Assembly (NCBI GenBank): GCA_028023455.1
Contig: JAQFVV010000002.1
Span: 14,446,001 to 14,510,000 of the forward strand
Length of the DNA stretch: 64,000 nucleotides
Direction: 5' to 3'
Source of the DNA: Epiperipatus broadwayi
Taxonomy: Eukaryota > Animalia > Onychophora
A program made the translations under genes and the position numbers. Under the pieces are notes generated by a model. That model ran no database searches. It was not told where the DNA came from and saw nothing but the letters and a program-made list of their open reading frames with translations. Shown here in pieces: positions 1 to 11,071 of this stretch (its first letter is position 1; the number at the start of each line of letters is the position of its first letter).

Positions 1-299
1 ATAGTTTTTAGATTATCTTGACTAACAAGCTGTTTCAAAGTGGTAGATTCAATATTCATTTTACACTTTGATTATAGTCTGCAAAGAGTCGCACCACATT
101 GTTTGCAGTTCAGACATTTAATTTCTTTTAAAAGAAAAAGGTTTTGCAGTTGTTACAAGATTTGTTTCTTCTTGATGTTCAAACCCACCATCTTACGTAT
201 CCTAAACTCCAACATGTCTTGCTAGCTTAGTTCAAAAGATGAACCCACACCTGCCAATATTGTTTCTTCAGTCATACTATAAAAGTATAAAATAACCGG

Positions 300-1723
300 A
301 TTCCCCATTTGCCGCTGTCCAACTATGGATCACTTGAAATATGAACTGAAATAAAAGTGCACACTCTACGTGAACTTTGCGTTACCTTAAGGTAAATATT
401 TCCTTTTATTCTTTCCAGGGTAAATTCTTTTAGTTAAATTTCCACTCAATCTTAAACATAAATCTGTATTCTTAATCATTATTTAACCTCATATTTATTC
501 GCTGTATTTGTTTTTCATTGTACTTTGCCGTGCGTCTTGGAATCTTAGTTTTAAGATTCCAAGTTTTCTTTCAATATTATTTATCGGAGAGTGTCTAGTG
601 AGTGTATATGTTTAATATATCTCTATTTATCTGCCTTACTTTTCTAAATGCTTTAGCATTCTTGTGCAGTTTTAATTTTGCTCACCTGTATTTATTTTAT
701 TGTCAAAGAATTGATTTAAAATACTGTGTTTGTGCTTATGCAAACTTAAAAATCTTTTGTCTGGCGATTTATCATCTTTATTGTTCTAGTTTTCTGTATT
801 TGGAGATTTCATTTCTTCTTTTCTTATGTCTCTGAAATGGGAAACTGGAATTGTTGTTCTTTGTAATTTTATAAATTGCCAGCAGGAAGATAATATTTAT
901 TACAGGTGGAAGAGAGTTTTTTTCTGCTAAAGTATTTAATGCCTTAATGTTTTCTACTCATATACACTCTCTGATAAACTAACAAAAAAAAAGTCTAGGT
1001 CAATGTTTATATTTTGCTTGCTAGATTTGTTTATATTTATGTGTGGCTTTAAATTTTATCAGAGCGTGTACTCAGAACTTTGTAGATTTATTTATAATTA
1101 TAATTAGTTCATTCTCTTGAAATGCTTGGGCAGGCATAACTGCTTTTCTAATTATTTAATGATCTTCTACTGAGGCCACTAATTATTATTCTTATATTAG
1201 TTTTTGTCAATTATTTGATTGGGGATTCGCCAGTTTTAAATGCTGTTTTACTTTCATTCTAGATTTGGTATTGTATTAATTTAAAGTCTTTACGTCAGAA
1301 TATTTTGTTATTTTATTAAATTGGAGATATAAATCCCCCCCCCTTTACAATTCATATTCCGATGTATTAATCATATTTTATTTTGTTCTTGGGTAAATCA
1401 AACATGTTTGCTTTAAACATAGTATAACATGCAGCTTCTACTGGCATATGATGTTCTTGGTCCTGACACATTTTCCAGGCCCAGAAATGCTTGACGGTGC
1501 TGGTTTCATTAATTTAGTTCAAGAACGTATTGTTTGCATATCTGTGAATGGAAACAGTGTTGTTAATTCTCTGCTGAAAGAAATTTGTTCTCTCCCTTTC
1601 TAATTCTCTATTAGAAGATCTGTCTGTATGCCAGACCATTGAATTTTAGTCCTTCTGGTACGCACCTAAGCTAATCCTATTTCTTGTGTTATAAACTTTT
1701 TACTTCATAATTTATATTTCTAT
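300..1723 (-). repeat. Degenerate copy of an unclassified ~1.6-kb interspersed repeat, interrupted by the Gypsy element
   Basis: The reverse complement shares blocks with 21629-23260 and 25069-26845 (ttatcagagagtgta, ttcctgct[g/a]gcaattt, acaggtgag, cttaaaactaaga). The left boundary is approximate. Confidence 0.6.
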
Positions 1724-1728
1724 CAAAT

Positions 1729-2206
1729 TGCTATATATATATATAATTGGATTTGAATTATACAGATAAAAGGATTCAAGAAATCCCTGGGGCAATTGAT
1801 AACTTTTATCTAGTAAGAATTTACTTACATCTATAAGTGGACCCTTCTGATTGGAGATAAGCCTTGCTCTCGAAGTTTAGAGATTTCATTGGTAAAAGTA
1901 GACTTTAGAGAACAATAGCGATATACAGAGAAAGGGAAACGCCTTCCCAGGAATCCGGGCAGTCGCACTGGAGTTCCACGACCAGGCAGAAGGAATAATT
2001 TACTCGTCGGAGAATAATCGGATAGGATATAAGAGCCGACGGATAAGGCAACAACTTCGGGAGATTGATATCCTAGTGCAGTGTAGCACTAAGATACATA
2101 GCGACCCTCGATTAATGCCGGATAATCCCCGCAGTGTTCATAATCCTAACCCGGTCCATAGTGTAACTTCTCGATCATTTCCCACGGCGAATTTCAAGAC
2201 ATATCA
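1729..2206 (+). repeat. 5' LTR (TG...CA)
   Basis: Runs TGCTAT...ATATCA. I count 9 substitutions against the 3' LTR over 478 bp (~1.9%). Confidence 0.97.
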
Positions 2207-2207
2207 T

Positions 2208-2220
2208 TGGCACAGTCGAC
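2208..2220 (+). promoter_or_regulatory. Primer-binding site, probably tRNA-Ser type
   Basis: TGGCACAGTCGAC lies 1 nt after the LTR. It differs from the tRNA-Ser-type PBS TGGCGCAGTCGGC by two G>A changes. Confidence 0.7.
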
Positions 2221-2311
2221 AAACCAGTAGGACATTCAAAAATATATAAACATCGGGAAAACTAGTAATCCGAAATTCACAAATTTATAAGTGACGCCGT
2301 TCAAATTAAAC

Positions 2312-5300
2312 ATGGCGCAGGTAAACGTTGGAGAATTTGACGTGCATAGACAATCAGAATGGCCTCTATATGCAAGCCGCATAGATAAATACCTTTTAAT
2401 GAGCAATATTGTAAAGGACGAGAGAAAAATTGCCACTCTATTGTATTTTGTGGGTCCAGATGTAATTAAAACAGCAAATCATTTATGCAACCCGAAAAAA
2501 CCAGAAGAACTGAAATATTCAGAACTACAGGACATACTTCAAAAATATTTTGATCCCAAACCAACTAAACATGTAGCATGCCTCCATTTCCATAATCGTA
2601 GGCAAAATAGAGGTGAAAATACTCGAAAATTCGATATTGCACTACAGGAGTTAGCAAAAGATTGTGTTTTTGGGAATTATTTGGAAGAAGCACTATTGCA
2701 GCAATTTTTATGGGGCATGTCTGATGGGAGGCTCTGAGAGCAGTTATTAACAATTGATGACCTTACATACAAAACTGCGATCAAAACGGGCCTCGCACAC
2801 GAAGCGGCTATGGAGCAATCAAAACAATTCCAGAGTGCAACGGCAGCAGAATGGCATCAAATAAACCTCGTGGAACTAAACAGAAATGATGAAATGAAGT
2901 GTTTCAGGTGCGGAAAATCCGGACATTTAGCTAAAATGTGTAAACAAATAAACTTCACGGAAAGAAATGAAAATGACGAAATGAAGTGTTACAGATGTGG
3001 AAAATCCGGACATTTAGCAAAAACGTGTAAATGGAAAAAGAGTAAATGTAAAAATTGTGGAAAAATAGGACACTTAGCGGAAGCGTGTAAAAACAACGGG
3101 CAAGTGGAAATTAAAAATACGGAAACCGTTAATAATGACCAAATAATGTTGTCAGTAAAAATATTTGACCAATCATTTACCATGGAAATTGACAGCGGTT
3201 CCAGAATATCTTTAATGGCTTATAGAGATTGGAAAACAATAATGCAATTTCACAATCGAACCAGTAATCTAGAAAAACAAATCTGATAGCAAAAGACGTA
3301 AACGGGAAGCACAATGAAATAGTCGGGAAAGTTATTGTTCCGGTACAAACAAATAGCAAAATCACTGACCTCCCGTTATATATCATTCACAGAAAAACAA
3401 ACCCCATAATTGGAAGAAATTGGTTCAAACCCATGGGCATTAAAATAACTATCACAAAAAAAATTATGATTGAAAAAGAAATACGCAATACATTCCCATC
3501 ATTGTTTAAAAAAGAACTAGGGGAAATTAGAACAAAACCAGTTGAAATACAGCTTAGAGAGAATGCAAAGCCTATGTTGTGTAAACCACGGAGAGTGCCA
3601 TATGCGCAAAGAGAAAAACTAGCCAATGCACTGGAAGAGTTAACAAATAAAGGGGTATTGACACCTACGGAAAACTCAGAGTGGGCGACACCTATAGTAA
3701 TCATTACTAAGCCAGATGGCAGTATACGTATTTGTGGTGATTACCGGATAACAGTTAACCCAGCTTTAAATAAAAACAATTATCCAGTGCCAAATGTGCG
3801 TGAAGTATTAGCCACTCTTGAGGGAGCAACTCACTATGCAAAATTAGACCTTAATGCTGCATTTCACCAAATACCAGTAACAGGAAAGTCAGAAGAGATC
3901 TTAACACTGACTACACCTTTTGGTCTATTTAAATACAACCATTTGCCTTTTGGAATTACCACTGCACCAAATATTTTCCAATCAAACATCGAGCAACTAC
4001 TCCGAGGAATAAATGGTGTGATACCTTACTTTGATGATATATTAATAATGGCAAATTCAGAGACAGAACTCCAGAGTAAGGTTCATGAAGTCTGCGAAAA
4101 GCTAGCAAAATCAGGAGCCAGACTAAATGAAGAAAAATGTATCTGGAATACTTCAGAAATTAAATTTCTAGGACACATAATATCCAATAATGGTAAAAAA
4201 CCAATGCCTGAAAAGATACGGGCTATTAAAAATGCAAAAACACCTCGGAATGTCAAGGAATTACAATCTTTCCTGGGCCTTATTGGATATTTTGAATGTT
4301 TTTTTAAAGGAAAAGCCCACATTGCCAGTAAGTTATATGAGTTATTAGAGAAAAACCAGAAGTGGAGCTGGGGTAAAATACATGAAGATGCATTCAAGAA
4401 GACAAAAAGCTTGCTAACATCAGATGACCTACTCATAAACTACAATAACAATGAACAGATAATATTAACTACTGATGCATCAGAATATGGAGTAGGAGCA
4501 GTAATAAGTCACCCCACAGATGAAGGTGAATGACCCATAGCTTATGCTTCAAGAACATTATCAAGGTCTGAACGGAACTATAGTCAACTAGACAAAGAAG
4601 CCTTGGCAATCATTTTTGGGATAAAAAAGTTCCACCAATATCTATATGGAAGGCATTTTACAGCAATCACTGACCACAAACCACTACTGGGAATATTTTC
4701 GAGGTCAAAACAATTACCCGATCACTTGAGCCCACGCATGCTGCGTTGGATTGAAATATTATCTGCATATGATTATTCCCTTGAATACAGGAGAGGCAGC
4801 TTTATAACACATGCTGACGCACTGTCCTGAATACTGGATAATAATGGAAAAACAATAGGACAAGTCTCTATAAACTATATAGATACATGAGAATCAAATG
4901 TGTTGAATAGTGATTCAGTAGCAAAATGGACTAAATTAGATGATGGATATAGACTATTATGGAATTGGATATGTAATGGCTGGCCAATTAAACGACCCAA
5001 CAATCTCCCAGTGGCATTCTGGAAAGCACGAGACCAACTGTCAATAAATAAAGAATGCATACTGATAGGTGATCGAGTAATCATACCAGTTCAAGGTCGC
5101 TCAGCAGTCTTAAGTTTGATCCATGATGGACATCCTGGAATTGTAAGAGCCAAAGCTTTGGCACATTCCTATGTATGGTGGCCAGGTATAGATAAAGACA
5201 TCGAAAACACTGTAAAGGCATGTACAAACTGCCAGTCAACTGCAAATCAGAAACCGCGAACGTATACATCATGGCCAACTGCAACTAAACCATGGGAGTG

Positions 5301-6109
5301 GGTCCACATGGACTATGCAGGACCTTTCAGAGGAAACCTATTCTTGGTTATAATAGATGCATATTCTAACTGGGTAGAATATAGACTAGTTAGGAACACA
5401 GGGTCTAATGAAACAATATCAACTCTTAAAGAAATTTTTGCTTTCCATGGAATACCAGAAAGCCTGGTAACAGATAATGGTTCTGGGTTTACCTCAGACC
5501 AATTCAAAGATTTTACAAGGGAATGGGGTATCAAACACATTTACACTCCACCCTACCACCCAGAGTCAAATGGACTGGCTGAAAAAGCTGTACACCAGTT
5601 AAAACAAGCCCTTAACAAATCAGAATCTCAACAAGCCCATGAAGTTCTTCAGTTAGCAATGCTTTACCAACATTCCACACCCATAGCATCGACTGGGATT
5701 TCACCAGCTGAAACAAACCAAACTATCACTACTACACCCACAACATGAGTTCATTGAAACTATGACAGAGGAATGCAATGAATTTACGGTGGGTCAAAGC
5801 ATTTGGGTTAGAGATTCCCTAAAAAAAAAGTGGACACCAGGTGTGATCTTGAAAACACTTTCAAACAAAATCATACTCATAGAATCAGAAACGGGCACAC
5901 AATTCCATCGCCATACGAACCACATTAAGAAGTGAATAACAAACAAGTTACCCCCCTACACAGGACTAAATTGTGAAATTATAGAAGAAAAGGGAGCTGA
6001 CCAAATGGCTGAAGAAGTAACCACACATGAGAGTAATCCTAAACCAGGAAAAGATAAACCTCAAAGAGTGCGGAAGCCTCCTGTCTACCTTAAAGATTAC
6101 TTGTGTTAA
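2312..6109 (+). pseudogene. Gypsy gag-pol, disrupted
   Basis: Three CX2CX4HX4C knuckles, protease IDSGS, RT YFDD, RNase H TDAS/DALS, integrase HHCC and D..D..E, C-terminal RKPPVYLKDY. Broken by five TGA stops, a 1-nt frameshift near 3272 and a frameshifting deletion near 5712. Confidence 0.95.
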
Positions 6110-6117
6110 TTAATAAT

Positions 6118-6148
<31 letters not shown>

Positions 6149-6169
6149 GGAACCATGGTTCTCTAAAGT

Positions 6170-6181
6170 AAAGGGGAGGAG
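6170..6181 (+). promoter_or_regulatory. Polypurine tract
   Basis: AAAGGGGAGGAG directly abuts the 3' LTR. Confidence 0.85.
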
Positions 6182-6659
6182 TGCTATATATATATATAAT
6201 TGGATTTGAATTATACAGATAAAAGGATTCAAGAAATCCCTGGGGCAATTGATAACTTTTATCTAGTAAGAATTTACTTACATCTATAAGTGGACCCTTC
6301 TGATTGGAGATAAGCCTTGCTCTCGGAGTTTAGAGATTTCATTGGTAAAAATAGACTTTAGAGAACAATAGCGATATACAGAGAAAGGGAAATGCCTTCC
6401 CAGGAATCCGGGCAGTCGCACTGGAGTTCCACGACCAGGCAGAAGGAATAATTTACTCGTCGGAGAATAATCGGATAGGATATAAGAGCCGATGGATAAG
6501 GCAACAACTTCGGGAGATTGATATCGTAGCGCAGTGTAGCACTAAGATACATAGCGAGCCTCGATTAAGGCCGGATAATCCCCGCAGTGTTCATAATCCT
6601 AACCCGGTCCATAGTGTAACTTCTCGATCATTTCCCACGGCGAATTTCAAGACATATTA
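6182..6659 (+). repeat. 3' LTR
   Basis: 478-bp direct repeat of 1729-2206; the terminal CA has changed to TA. Confidence 0.97.
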
Positions 6660-6664
6660 CAAAT

Positions 6665-6870
6665 ATAAGTTTAAACTTAATTTGGCTGGCATTTGTCTTA
6701 GTGCTTTTATTTCTCAATTGTCTAAACAATATTTAAGATTTCTTGTCTCTCCCTGAATCTAATTGGTGCAAACCATTATCTTCATCCATTTTGATCACAG
6801 TAAATAAATTTTCCAGATATGTAGTTATCTGGTGGCACCCTCTGTGATCGGGATAAGATTGCATGTCCAT
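6665..6870 (-). repeat. 5' part of the unclassified repeat copy split by the Gypsy insertion
   Basis: The reverse complement aligns with 25069-25280 (gatcac..gg..ccac, gaaaattta.tttac.gtgatc, agacaattgagaaa). Confidence 0.65.
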
Positions 6871-7600
6871 TACAATACAAATAACTATTAACCTACACTT
6901 ACAATATCTATGATAAAGTGTGTGTATAAATGATAATCCTTTAAATTTATTTAATTTTTATGATATAAAAATATACAATCATAAAATGGAGATTTTTTTT
7001 ATATATAAAGTTGCGTTCTAAAAAAGTTTTTTTTCTTTTTGAAAATGTGTCTTTATTAGATCATTTTAATTGTTTTGGACATTCATAATGAATAGTGTGT
7101 TTCAATTCTTACTATAGTTATTTTTATCATGCCTTTATATTACAAAGTTTAAATTTTCCAGAATCTTTAAAATGAAAAAAAAAAAGAAATATAAATGTAC
7201 ATATAGAGCTTTAATTTTAAATATTTGTGAAAACTTTTTATTAAAGAAGGTGTTTACTAGGCAGACTTGTTAAAAGGAATAAAGTACTATGTCCAAATTA
7301 TAGCATCTGATCGGCATCGATAATAATTTGCTATTGCTTTTTTATTAAATAAACTACTAAATCTTTCATAACTATTATTTCATATACGTTAGCATGATTA
7401 TATTTGTACATATTAAAAATTAGATAACTAAATGCTAACATTATCAGTTTTATTATTAAAAATATTTGTTTCTCATTATTTTTCATAATAAATAATATTC
7501 TCTTCATATAAATCCAATAAACTATCTTTTTTTTTTTTTAAAAAAAAACCTTTCTCATTAAACCATATATATATATACAATTTTAATACATTATCATCTT

Positions 7601-7642
7601 TCCAATATTTTGACCACCTTTTTCTGCAGTCATTCTCAAGGA
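7601..7642 (-). ncRNA. Decayed minimal type I hammerhead (U3:A8 variant)
   Basis: Minus strand reads TCC-TTGAGAA-T-GACTGC-AGAAAAAG-GTGGTC-AAAA-TA-TT-GGA. G12>A and CG>TA changes break the core. Confidence 0.5.
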
Positions 7643-8104
7643 TCTATAAAAAATACATATATTTACATCATCATTATTATAATTACATATACCTTCCTCA
7701 TCATAAAAAGCAACATTCCTTAGTCATCTATGAATAAACCTTTTTTAATATACATACAGCATTATATAAACTACATTTATTTAATTTCTTATATTCCAAT
7801 TTTTTGTTACATTTTGCCAATACCTTTAAGTACAATTTTTTTTTATCTAAATACATTATCTACACAATTTAATCTATTTAACACAGGTTTGTTTCTTTTT
7901 ATATATACACTTTCTTTTTATATAAAAAGAAACAAACTTGTGATTAAATAGAACAAATGATGTAGATAATGTAATTAGATAAAAAAAAATGTTTATAAAG
8001 GTGTTGGCAATTAAAAAGTAATTACTAAAAACTATAAAAGACAATATATGAGAAATTGGTTGTAGTTATATAGAGAAGTGTGCATGTAAAGTGTAACAAA
8101 AAAA

Positions 8105-8214
8105 GTCAAGCGTTGTTAGCCGAGAGGTCATCGCAGCCGCCTTGCAAGCAAATAGTTGTTTGCAGATGGTTGTGGGTTCGCGTCCCGGCCGATGCTATGA
8201 CGTATGAAAAAAAA
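8105..8214 (+). mobile_element. tRNA-derived SINE, family A (TGC anticodon-like)
   Basis: GTCAA leader, tRNA-like head 8110-8196, then TATGAC and a poly(A) tail. 16-bp TSD AAAGTGTAACAAAAAA at 8088-8103 and 8215-8230. Confidence 0.85.
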
Positions 8215-8306
8215 AAAGTGTAACAAAAAATTGGAATATATAGTCAAGCGTTGGTGGCCTAGCAGTTAGCGTAGCCAACTTCCAAGCAGCTGGCCCGGGT
8301 TCACGT

Positions 8307-10832
8307 TGAAACAGTAAGATTCGTATTCGAATCTTAAGTTTCACCTTTTTCTGTCGTCTCTCACTGACCGGTCTATCCCGCCCAAATTTAAACTTTTTGG
8401 TATCGAATTGGGTGTGTAGCAATATTAAAAATGTATAAATATATGTAGAATTCAGCATAAACACGCACACATTTCGATCTCAAATTAAAGGCAATAAATG
8501 GGGATAAAATAATATAATTTAGATTTCTTTTAGTTATATAATTTTGTATAATTGTAATCATTTATTTTGGATTACAAAGTTCGTATTTATTGCTTTGTTT
8601 AAATTTCGTTTAATAATAATTCTAAAAAAATCTGATGTAATATTTAATTAAAAGTTAAAATAATCTTATGTTCCCTTTTTGTCTTTGAAATTTAAAAGCA
8701 TCGGTCACTGATAGATAATAGATTAATTAAAGAAAAATTCCCCAAAATGTAATTAGTAAATGTAAAATGTAAACAATAGAACGGCAGCTTTCTTTATAAT
8801 TAAAACCAACAAAATGCATTGATTATCCTCAGGGCAGATTAAGTAGAACCTAAAAATACCTTAACAAAAATGTGAAAGATCAAGATAAGAAAAGAGGCCA
8901 TCTTAGACTTGTTGGAGACATTCACTTAAACTTTAGCTCTGCTCTCGATCACTGAGAGTCTCCAAAATATAAAAATAAATTGTTCCTGCCAAGGTATGAC
9001 CGAGTAAAAGCACCTAGATTATTCTCCATCGGGAGATGGCCTATCAGATGCCGAACTTTCCATTGCCCGTCATAAATTCACCATGAAGATCTGCTGCCTG
9101 AAATAAATGAGAAAGCTGCTGCTGCTGTTAAAGTAAATGAAACATCTAAATACAAGAAAGAATTGCCACTCATGAACTATTTGCTACTAAACCAATGGAC
9201 TCAGAAAACTTCTTATAAAACAGGTACCTGTCTGTGTTCAAACTCTAGAGTACTCTAATAACATGCTATAGCTCTTCTTCATATTACTTATCTAAATTAT
9301 AAAATGTAAAAACTATCATTTGTATAACTAAAATTGAATAATTAATTTAATGTGTAAATTTCTCTAATAATCTAGCTTACCTCACTCTATCTTTCTTGGG
9401 TGCGTATTTCTCAAATCTACATTTTATCTATATTTATTATTTAATTATTGCATGCTCATAATTGTCTCAATTTTCAAAGTTTAAATCTATGATCGCTTGA
9501 AACAGTGAATGCGTGTCAAATTTTCATTAATATTTACTTTCATAAATAACTTAACTTTCATATAAATCAACACGCATTCAATGCATCATTTATTGTAATG
9601 CAGGGTCTACTACTTCGCAAATGGCTGGCATATTAGTTGTAATAATTCCCAGTTTATATATGTTTTGTATTTATTAAATCTTAATGAATAATTCTAGAAA
9701 ATTACATTTCTTTGAGAGTCGCCAACGTTCTTTAGTAAATGTTGATAATGTAGGGCCGAGTTAGAAATCTATTTAAAATCTTATCATAATCGTTTATACA
9801 TTATACATGTGTTACATTTTAGAGATGCGATGACCCATTCCGCCGTGAAATTTCCGGATTCTTCAGGGTTGAAATTAACCCCAGTCATCCTACACAAGTG
9901 GACATAATGGGTGCTCCCGTAGGACTTGACGACATCATGCAGCCAGCCAGCAAACTGCGACACGGACCACTTGTCCCTGGTTATGCTTATGTGACACCTT
10001 ACTTCGTCGGGCCGATGGCAGAGACCAGCCCGACCTTCTTATAAACTCATTCACGGCATTGCAGTTTCGATATACCACCATTCCATATCGCCTTTCTAAA
10101 GCGTACCACATGTTCCTTTACTTAATTTTATTATTCTATATATCACTCTGCCTCTGCATTATCTTCATAATTCACTCTCAAATAAATGTTTGCCCTTAGT
10201 CATAAAATAAATATTTTAATTAAATAAATATATGTCCACCGCTACTCTTAAATCTTACTTTAGACTTTTGCATTGCAAAGGTATAAATCCCTCCAGGCAT
10301 GCATTAGAAATACTTACTTGAGAATTTTAGGTAGCTAGATTACGCCTTCAAATAAATGAATTCCTTTTGTAAACAAATAAATAAATGTATTCTTTAAAAT
10401 ATAATCATGATGCAAATCCCGCTACTGAAGCTTTTAATCCATAAAATATTGTTAGTAAATGATCTTATTAAAATGTGTTAATAAATAATTTTAAACTATA
10501 CGTCTGCAGTTATGTTTCATCTATTCGATACCCATTCTATATAATATTTCCTCGATTATATAAATACGAATGTTTAACTAATATTAGTTTGATTATTGGC
10601 TAACTCGAAAATAAAATCATGAATCTCTTGCATATCCCTGACCACCGTGCCTAAAGAAATATTTACTAATGTCACAGCAGATGCATTGTTTCGTGGATTG
10701 TATTGTGGAACTGACAAACTATGTTCGAACTCAGTACCACGGGTGGCTTCGCTACCTCGATGGTGCTGCTGTTCTGTGTAGTGGTCGAATTCTGCATTAT
10801 GTTTACGAGTCACACGTTTTCTGACTGTTACA
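8307..10832. mobile_element. Unclassified 2526-bp TG...CA element (long solo LTR or Ginger-like non-autonomous DNA element)
   Basis: Termini TGAAACAGT and ACTGTTACA (8/9 inverted match); 4-bp TSD ACGT (8303-8306 and 10833-10836). Its first 97 bp recur at 49447-49543. Confidence 0.8.
9823..10044 (+). other. GC-rich exon-like open frame of unknown product inside the TG...CA element
   Basis: A ttttag acceptor-like site is followed by 73 open codons (RCDDPFRREISGFFRVEINP...SPTFL*). No family recognised. Confidence 0.3.
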
Positions 10833-11029
10833 ACGTCCCGGTCAACGCTTTGACATACATATATAAAAATTGGAATATAAGAAATTAGGTAAATGTAGTT
10901 TATATAATGCTGTATGTATATTTAAAAGGATTTATTGACAGATGATTAAGAAATGTTATTGTTTTTTATGATGAGGAAGGTATATGCATTTATAATAATG
11001 ATGATGTAAATATATGTATTTTTTATAGA

Positions 11030-11071
11030 TCCTTGAAAATGATTGCAGAAAAAGATAGCCAAAACGTTGGA
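11030..11071 (+). ncRNA. Decayed minimal type I hammerhead (U3:A8 variant)
   Basis: TCC-TTGAAAA-T-GATTGC-AGAAAAA-GATAGCC-AAAA-CG-TT-GGA. Retains the ACGT palindromic stem III; G12>A. Confidence 0.5.

Larger units (their letters stand above)
1729..6659 (+). mobile_element. Full-length Ty3/Gypsy LTR retrotransposon, inactivated
   Basis: Two 478-bp LTRs, 5-bp TSD CAAAT (1724-1728 and 6660-6664), PBS, PPT, and domain order gag(CCHC x3)-PR-RT-RH-IN. Confidence 0.97.
8243..10864 (+). mobile_element. tRNA-Gly(TCC)-derived SINE, family G, split into 8243-8306 and 10833-10864
   Basis: The halves rejoin as ...CCCGGGTTC-ACGT-CCCGGTCAACGC-TTTGACATA. 15-bp TSD AAAAATTGGAATATA at 8226-8240 and 10865-10879. 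Confidence 0.85.

Noticed and set aside
3268-3286. Programmed gag-pol frameshift
   Set aside because: The shift falls inside the protease domain at an A-run and is best read as a 1-nt deletion.
2735-5935. Alternative genetic code with UGA read as Arg
   Set aside because: CGA codons remain, Trp is TGG, the young RTE ORF ends normally in TGA, and the element also has frameshifts. CpG decay is the simpler explanation.
8306-8345. GTTGAAAC...GTTTCA hairpin resembling a CRISPR repeat
   Set aside because: Only two dispersed copies, no spacers, no cas genes, eukaryotic context; it is the terminus of a mobile element.
8830-9250. Degenerate LINE endonuclease scrap (VGDIHLNF, GLSDAELSIARHKF)
   Set aside because: The similarity is too weak to list as a feature.
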